Shown: in pieces, positions 60,847 through 64,000 of the stretch
Layout of the letters: every line of letters begins with the position of its first letter
Numbering within the stretch: position 1 is the stretch's first letter
DNA from: Cyanobacteria bacterium J06626_4
GTDB taxonomy: Bacteria > Cyanobacteriota > Cyanobacteriia > Phormidesmidales > Phormidesmidaceae
DNA length: 64,000 bases
NCBI GenBank assembly: GCA_038523235.1
Contig: JBCBJQ010000007.1
Span: 58,192-122,191 of the forward strand
Reading direction: 5' to 3'
Translations under genes and position numbers: made by a program
The notes under the pieces: model-generated
Told to the model about the DNA's origin: nothing
The model's input: only the letters and a program-made list of their open reading frames with translations
Database searches by the model: none

Positions 60847-62172
60847 CTAGAAATGGCTGGTTGACTTGGCCAGCCGCAAAGGACGATCGCCCTGAGCCCC
60901 GACAGTTGAGGATTTGGCCGTCATTGGAGCAGACAGAATGACGCGAATAGCGCGATCGCCCCGGCCATAGCCGTGCAGCCAGTTCAGCAGCACCATTAAA
61001 CGATTGCGGAATCCTGGCAAATACACTAGATGCACGCTGAGCCACATCAGCCAGGGCAAAAATCCGGTCAACAAAATGGGGCCAATTTTGCCGACTCCGG
61101 CATAGCCGCCAATGATGGCGAGCCGACCTTTATTCAAATAGCTGAAGGCTGTCGGCGCTTTGCCCCGTAGTTGACGGCGAATATTGCGGGCGACGGCAAC
61201 CCCTTGCTGCAAGGCTTCGGGCGCGACTCCCGTCAGCGGTTTGCCGTTCTGCTCAGCATGGGCCAAATCACCGATCGCGTACACGTTGTCATGGTCAATC
61301 AGTTGCAGCGTCGGTCGCACCGCCAGCTTGCGTTTGCGAGCAGTAGATAGGTTCGCCGTCGCGGCGGGCATGGCGGCTTCGAGTCCGGCTGCCCAGACGA
61401 CAGTGCCAGCTGGCAAGACTGAGCCATCCTGAAACTCAACAGCCTGCTCCGTCACCCGACTGACCCGCGTTTGAAAATGCACCTTCACACCCAGCTGACG
61501 CAGTTTGCGAGTGGTATAACGACCCAAGCGATCGGGCAGATTCGCCAGGAGATTATCCCCCGACTGCACCAGAATGATCTGCATCTCCTGCCAGCTTAGG
61601 CCGGGATAGTCGCGACGAACTGCACGTTTCAGCTCTACTAGGGTGCCCGCCATCTCGACACCGGTGGGGCCGCCGCCCACAATCACGAAGGTCAGCAACT
61701 GCTGCCGCCGCTGTGGGTCACGCTCGCGAGTGGCTTGCTCAAACTGCTGCAGAATGTGGTTGCGTAGTGCCGTCGCCTGGGCTAGCGTCCGCAATGGAAA
61801 GGCGTGCTCCACCGCACCGGGGACGCCTAAAAACTGGGTCTGGCTACCGGTGGCCAGCACCAGGTAGTCATAGGGAATGAGTTGGTCGGCAGTTTCGACC
61901 ACTTGGTGGGCAAAATCAATGTTCTGGACAGTGGCCATTAAAAACCGAGTGCGCGGGGCGCGACGCAGCACCGTCCGCAGCGGGTAAGCGATGCTCTCCG
62001 GTTCAATTTGGGCAGCCGCTACCTGATATAGCAGCGGCACGAACGTGTTGTAGTTATGGCGATCGATGAGCAGGATTTCAGCCCCACTCTGGGCGAGAGA
62101 CTGAGCCGCTTGCATACCGCCAAAGCCAGCACCGACGACAAGAATCCTGGGAGGATTTGAGACTGTTTGCAT
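60847..62172 (-). CDS. Type II NADH dehydrogenase-like FAD/NAD(P) oxidoreductase
   Basis: VVGAGFGG, PLLYQVA, IVGGGPTGVEMAG, YAIGD and HLVYLPGFRNR. Confidence 0.9.
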   Translation of the reverse strand: MQTVSNPPRILVVGAGFGGMQAAQSLAQSGAEILLIDRHNYNTFVPLLYQVAAAQIEPESIAYPLRTVLRRAPRTRFLMATVQNIDFAHQVVETADQLIPYDYLVLATGSQTQFLGVPGAVEHAFPLRTLAQATALRNHILQQFEQATRERDPQRRQQLLTFVIVGGGPTGVEMAGTLVELKRAVRRDYPGLSWQEMQIILVQSGDNLLANLPDRLGRYTTRKLRQLGVKVHFQTRVSRVTEQAVEFQDGSVLPAGTVVWAAGLEAAMPAATANLSTARKRKLAVRPTLQLIDHDNVYAIGDLAHAEQNGKPLTGVAPEALQQGVAVARNIRRQLRGKAPTAFSYLNKGRLAIIGGYAGVGKIGPILLTGFLPWLMWLSVHLVYLPGFRNRLMVLLNWLHGYGRGDRAIRVILSAPMTAKSSTVGAQGDRPLRLAKSTSHF

Positions 62173-62683
62173 GGTTCAGGTGTGTTTGAACGGTTGACAT
62201 GTTCTGAGAATCGCAAGCCGTCCCGTTCGCTACCTGAATCTATGCTGAAAAATTTTTCAGGTTGGGAAAATACTAAGCTCTTGTTTCGGATAGCGTTGAT
62301 TTGCTGAGGATGTTCGCTGCGGGGGCATTCCGGCATGCGGCAACTCACTCAACTGATGAGAGCGGCAACTTCTGGGTCAACCAACATTCAGGTTCATGGG
62401 TGGAGGGACTGAGGGGCAGATAAGAGATCATGAATAACTCGACGTTGCGCCTGCATACCCGCTTGTCTTCAACTTTGCAGCGATCGCTCAATCAAGAGAA
62501 ACTGCATCGAAAAGGAGACGGCGCTCCACCTAATCATTTGCTGCAATTGAGATCGCACCCATTTGCAACAACCTCATTGCAACATTGAAATGGGGTTGTC
62601 ACCTCATCAGTTTGATGGAAAGTTTCTTTCTAATAAATTTTTAGGCTGCCAGGGTAGCCAAGGCATTGCTGATATTACTGTAG

Positions 62684-63445
62684 TTGGGAGTGGAGCAAAA
62701 TCAAGTGCAAGAAATGCTAACTGCAATCATCTCAGCTGTCACTTCAGTCTTGGTTGTGTTTGTCACTTACAGCTTGAATTCTCATCGTGAAGCGAAATTG
62801 AAAGAGAAGAGAGACTATGAAAGAGTTGTTTCAACTTATCTCAACCCTTTAAGGCTGTCTCTAGTTGAAAACTACTTTCGATTATCCGAGATCTTAGCCA
62901 GTGTCTCTGAATCAGACGGGAAACATGAAGCGTTCCTTTATGTTGATAACGCGGAAGAAGTTTCTGAACAAACTTCCCAGTGGTTTAACAATCATGGCTG
63001 CTACTTAATATCGTCATGCTACATCACGGCTCGCTTGTTTTATCACTTAGACAAAGTCAGGTTAGACTTAAGCTATCTTAAACTCAGTCCAAAAGATGAC
63101 ACAGAATTAATTAGTCAAGTGACCATACTCAGCCGATATTTCCGGCAAGGATACGGAATTTACTATTTACTGCAGCCCAGCATTGGCAATGACATCTATC
63201 TTGCCGGCGAAGAAAGGCTGATGACCTATCGTGAGTTTTGCCAGCTACTGCAAGATTCCGAAGCTAGAGTTTGGTTCGATAGATTGTTAATTTTTTATAT
63301 AGATACTGGCAAAGGAAAACAGCTAAAACGAATTGAAAACATTCTGCGAGCGATTCAGGATATGTCGTTATTTTTAGACAAACTTGCGGGTGGAGGAAAC
63401 TCGATCAAGGAGCGTCTTGAAATTGAAGATATCAGCACTTTCTAA
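62684..63445 (+). CDS. Hypothetical protein with N-terminal TM helix, AT-rich
   Basis: 253-codon ORF with A/T-rich codons and no HIP1 site. Confidence 0.7.
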   Translation: MGVEQNQVQEMLTAIISAVTSVLVVFVTYSLNSHREAKLKEKRDYERVVSTYLNPLRLSLVENYFRLSEILASVSESDGKHEAFLYVDNAEEVSEQTSQWFNNHGCYLISSCYITARLFYHLDKVRLDLSYLKLSPKDDTELISQVTILSRYFRQGYGIYYLLQPSIGNDIYLAGEERLMTYREFCQLLQDSEARVWFDRLLIFYIDTGKGKQLKRIENILRAIQDMSLFLDKLAGGGNSIKERLEIEDISTF

Positions 63446-63584
63446 CACAACGTAATCTTGCATTAACAGAGCAAACCATCTCGACTCAAAGCATTAGTTG
63501 TCGATCTCCAAAATAGACTTCACTGTATTGGGATGTCTTAAACTGATTCATAAGAGAAGTTCGGCTCCAAGAATCTGATTAATG

Positions 63585-63953
63585 TCATGCAGAAAACAAC
63601 TTCTCTAACTGCTTTTTCACCCAAGCGACTGGATTTTTGTCATAATCACTGGTGATGAGGCCCAGCTCTCGGAGGTGACGTTTTTGCTGAGTAAGCTCTG
63701 CTTCGTGGCGGCTCATTTGTTTGACGATGAGATCATAGAGATGAGGCTGACTTTGCAAAATCTGCTTGAAGCCTTGGGGGCTGATGGCAAACACCGTGGT
63801 TTCTTCGATCGCCCTGATAGTCACCGTTCTCGGCACCCCTAGCATCAGTGAAAACTCGCCCACAAACTGACCTGAAGTTAATATTGTCGGCTGATCGTAG
63901 ACTTCTAATTGATAGCTGACAGCTCCTGACAAAATGATATAAAAAGCATCGTG
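63585..63953 (-). pseudogene. C-terminal fragment of a cyclic-nucleotide-binding domain protein (resembles the tail of cNMP-linked MscS channels)
   Basis: DAFYIILSG...GQFVGEFSLMLGVPRTVTIRA is a cNMP core lacking its first strands, with an in-frame TAA immediately upstream of ATG 63974. Confidence 0.5.
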
Positions 63954-64000
63954 ATTCATAAAGCAAATAAACATTTATTTTCGGGCACCTCTATCCTGGG

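Noticed and set aside
307..62348. Numerous 60-210 aa ORFs overlapping real genes on the other strand or frame (e.g. 15625-16257, 46703-47272, 37286-37840, 28716-29006)
   Set aside because: Shadow ORFs of GC-rich coding sequence, with no recognisable motifs or RBS.
63440..63545. Integron attC site after the AT-rich orphan gene (stop within TCTAAC)
   Set aside because: No complementary GTTRRRY end or L-box hairpin, and no integrase in the window.

Overview
A 64-kb chromosomal segment from a cyanobacterium. HIP1 octamers (GCGATCGC) are abundant, and ndhB, cpcL, pcyA, petN and a CAB-domain ferrochelatase are present. A filamentous Leptolyngbya/Nodosilinea/Halomicronema-like organism is my inference only. 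Most of the window is housekeeping and metabolic genes: glgP, cugP, trxA, ndhB, topA, ribBA, cpcL, hemH, pcyA, an nblB-like gene, msrB, a cobH-like gene, petN (missed by the ORF track), rsmB, putA, lemA plus an M48 protease, two MscS channels and several two-component proteins. I found no rRNA, tRNA, CRISPR array, transposase, integrase or phage gene. The most interesting signals are largely non-coding. (1) A minus-strand IsaR1-like sRNA at about 14.1-14.2 kb has a near-consensus sigma70 promoter overlapped by a Fur-type box, an anti-Shine-Dalgarno seed and a UUCG terminator. (2) At least five families of short dispersed REP/REPIN/MITE-like elements occur between genes, and one hairpin core sits inside different terminal-repeat shells. 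(3) There are two candidate redox-response modules: NDH-2/DoxX/kinase/regulator, and TetR/peroxiredoxin-like with paired operators. (4) Several proteins have lost canonical catalytic or selectivity residues (a CobH-like protein, an RCK-pore-RCK channel and a CBCR-like GAF). All calls come from reading the sequence; no database searches were run.
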